A stretch of DNA of 64,000 nucleotides, taken from NCBI RefSeq assembly GCF_006345805.1, contig NC_043000.1, positions 60,140,001-60,204,000 on the forward strand, in the 5' to 3' direction. The translations under genes and the position numbers were made by a program. Shown here one piece after another: positions 61,179-64,000 of this stretch (position 1 is the stretch's first letter; each line of letters starts with the position of its first letter). Under the pieces are notes generated by a model. The model made no database searches, was not told the origin of the DNA, and saw only the letters and a list, made by a program, of their open reading frames with translations. The DNA is from Octopus sinensis. Its lineage: Eukaryota.

Positions 61179-63968
61179 TTACTGTGTTCTCGGTGCCACA
61201 GTAATTACGACTGCTAACTTGCTGGTTGCAACCAGTATTTGCTTCATTAAAGCATAAATTACTACGATGATAATAAAGATTACGAGTATTTTGAGCGAGA
61301 AGAAAATGTGAATTGTTCAACTTTTCTGTGAACGAATTTTTCTCTTCCTGGGTAAACAGAGATAGTTGTTTATTTCCAAATAATCCATCGGACCGTACAT
61401 GGCCTTCTCGTTGAACACTAGTGACAGTTTCTCTATCAAATACGTTTTTCTTTTTATTAGTTCTCCCTTTATTGATTTTATCCTTTCCACCGTTGCTCCG
61501 TCTACCTTTTCTTTTCTTCACTTCTTTCGTGTGTTCGGCAACTAAGCAAGTGTCGGAAACAAGTGTAGAGGTGAGAGCAACATTATCAGAAGTAAGAGGA
61601 AAACATGAGGGAGCCAAGGTTGTTTGGGTAGCGCTTCCTAATGAAGTTGCTATAACTGACGTTGGGCTGTAAGAAAAGCTGTTGCTAGATATTATCCCGC
61701 TATCTTTTCTAACGCATGTTTCAATGGTTGGGGTAGGGTGAAAAGGAATCTCAGGAGGAAAAACTATAGATGGGAAAGAAGATAAAAGTGATGTCGGGGT
61801 AGATTCTCCCCCTGCTGCTGATAAAGATGATAAATATGATAAGGGAGTCGACTTCGTCGGTATTAAGCTTCTGGTAGTAACAACTACGTCGCACTTATTA
61901 CTGATGACATTATTTTTGTTGGTGGTGGTGGTGTTATCGTCGTCGATATATTCTGTGTGAGAAAATCCAGGAAGGGGATCGAGCCATTTCGGGTTTAACT
62001 GCTTTCCCAGTTGTTCATTAACACGAGCAGCTGACAACCGACCACCTATGTCGTTATCGATACTAAAGGGGAAAACTGTGTGGTCAGAAATCGGCCACGG
62101 ATATCTATGACACTTTCGTTCTTTTGTCGGCAGAACATCATGTTGTTCTGCTTGGCTGCGGATACATGTCAAAGATGAAAAATGAACTCATTATAAGCAT
62201 TTGTAATGTCTACAAATGACTTGGTGTTTATGTAGTGTCGAGTGAGTGGACTATCATTGCCACTGGTGATGATGTCATAACTATCACTTTTGCTTTTGTT
62301 ACCGGATGATTGATATTTATTCCAAGTCGAACTACTGCCTAATGTATCTCTCAAATACTGCGAATTGTTAAATTGAAAATCGAAGTTAGTGTTACTATCC
62401 AGGAGTAATAACATGTGATTGCGAATATAAAGGAGAATTTTCCTCACCGACAGCCTTAAAAGACTTGTCAAAAACAGAACCAGAAAGATTTGTGTTATCA
62501 GATTGATTATTATTATTAAATTATAGTAACAAACAATTAATCCGTATTGTAGAAATGTAGACAATTCCGTTTCCTTGTACCTGAGTACCAAGAATGTAGT
62601 TCGCTTTCACTTCTCCCTCTTTCTTTGCCGTGATTCGCTCGCCTTCTCCGCCGGTAAGTGCGCTTGTCGCGTGGCAAGTTCCTGGAATGCCTTTCGTAAC
62701 GTGCTGATCCCTATGCAATGCTGTTTCTGTGGCATTATCATCGTCACAGCTGTCTGGCAAGTTGTCAGTGTATTGTGATGATTGGCAGACAGTATCCTTC
62801 AAACGAGTTGTTTTTAACTGATGACAGCAGCAGTTGCTACAGAGAAAATGTGGAGAAGTGACGCAATTATTATTAAAATTATCGATGACGATTTCCTTAG
62901 AAAAAATATTTTTACTATCTACATTCCTCGTGCTTGCCACTAAACGTTGCTCATTATTTTGGGTGTGGTCCGGAGTCAGTGACACCCCTTCCTCTGACGG
63001 TCCGCAATTTATACAACAATCATTTTGTCTGAGATCAATAGTATTGGTCGACACATTCTGATCATATTTATTTACTTGACTGGAAACAGCTCCTGTTTTT
63101 GTTAAATATTCTGGTTTTACACTTTCCTTAAATCTAGATAGGGAGGTTAATAATGTATGCTGCGGTGATTAGCATTGTGTTTTATTAGATAATTCTTCTT
63201 GGAACGTAATATCACGTAAGCTTTTATCTAGTGTTTGGCTAGAAAAACATGTGGTTTGGCATGAAAGTTCATAACTTTGATCTTCTAACCGGTTATACAA
63301 ACAATCTTTACTTTGATCTGTTCCTTTTGTGTTACCACCGTCTGCGACATTATTTGTTTTCGGTTGACACGGATTAGCGGCTATGACATAAGTATCCAAA
63401 GTTTCACTTGGTCTGTCGAAAGTAACTGCATTAGTACTTTTACTGTTGGGAAAATTTTCTGTGGAAACAGACGGAGAGTAATTTATTTCACTAACTGTGG
63501 TCATCCGAGAGGAGAAATCTGATGGAATTGTTATAGCAGTATTAGAGATACCATGTATTAATTTTGGGTATATTACCGATGCTGAATTTGTGCAGCCAGT
63601 GGTCTCTTCGGCAGTTCCAACAGCTGTGATATAGTTAATAATATAATTGTGCCTGTTGTCATGGCTTTGGGTTAGTCTGTTCTTACAGTGACCACTTCCC
63701 TGCTGGGAAACTACGACAGTAGTAACATCTTTCTGTGGAGAGACTGTCGCTGTTGCCTTGTAAAAATCAGCTGCTGCTATCGGTGAAATAAATTCTGATA
63801 CAACATTTAACCCGCTGGTCGATAATTTTTCTTTGTATAAGCATAGTGGTGCAATTCGGTTTAGACGTTCTGAATGAATAGTGTTGTGTATGATACTATT
63901 ACCCCCACTGGCCGGTAAAGCAACTTGACGTATCGGAGATGACACTATTTCGGAACATTTCCGGTATT
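60997..63968 (-). pseudogene. Interrupted coding-like 5' extension of the giant exon
   Basis: One near-continuous reading of ~990 codons with TAA at 63169-63171 and 62521-62523 and 1-nt frame switches near 62400, 62180 and 61000. Confidence 0.6.
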
Positions 63969-63992
63969 CTAAAGTAAAAACAGTAACTAATT
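63969..63992 (-). promoter_or_regulatory. Candidate 3' splice site (ttactgtttttactttag|AATAC)
   Basis: Pyrimidine tract plus TAG at the point where coding-like sequence begins. Phase 1 relative to the upstream open frame. At the window edge, so context is limited. Confidence 0.5.
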
Positions 63993-64000
63993 TTTTTAGA

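Noticed and set aside
53789-63522. Many plus-strand ORFs of 60-130 aa opposite the giant exon
   Set aside because: Antisense shadows of a long Ser-rich coding frame, with no independent signals.

Overview
AT-rich, repeat-dense eukaryotic DNA. The SINE, RTE and Penelope families resemble those I recall from octopus genomes, so a coleoid cephalopod origin is inferred rather than confirmed by search. There are no prokaryotic features. Positions ~1-53,200 look like intronic or intergenic sequence. They contain a Penelope-like retroelement fragment with an inverted terminal segment carrying a degenerate minimal hammerhead ribozyme, a 5'-truncated RTE LINE, a near full-length dead mariner, a young non-autonomous Helitron, at least three SINE-like families and many microsatellites. 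The right-hand 10.7 kb is a giant minus-strand exon. A stop-free frame of ~7.9 kb (61178-53298) ends at a perfect phase-0 GTAAGT donor and encodes a low-complexity, probably disordered protein region. It has a basic Ser/Thr/Lys-rich segment with clustered SxIP/SxLP (EB1-type) motifs and an acidic segment with two FFAT-like motifs. A second strong in-frame donor at 60995 could give short and giant isoforms. A further ~3 kb upstream still reads as coding but is broken by two TAA codons and three 1-nt frameshifts. The gene cannot be named from this window, and its downstream exons are only low-confidence candidates.
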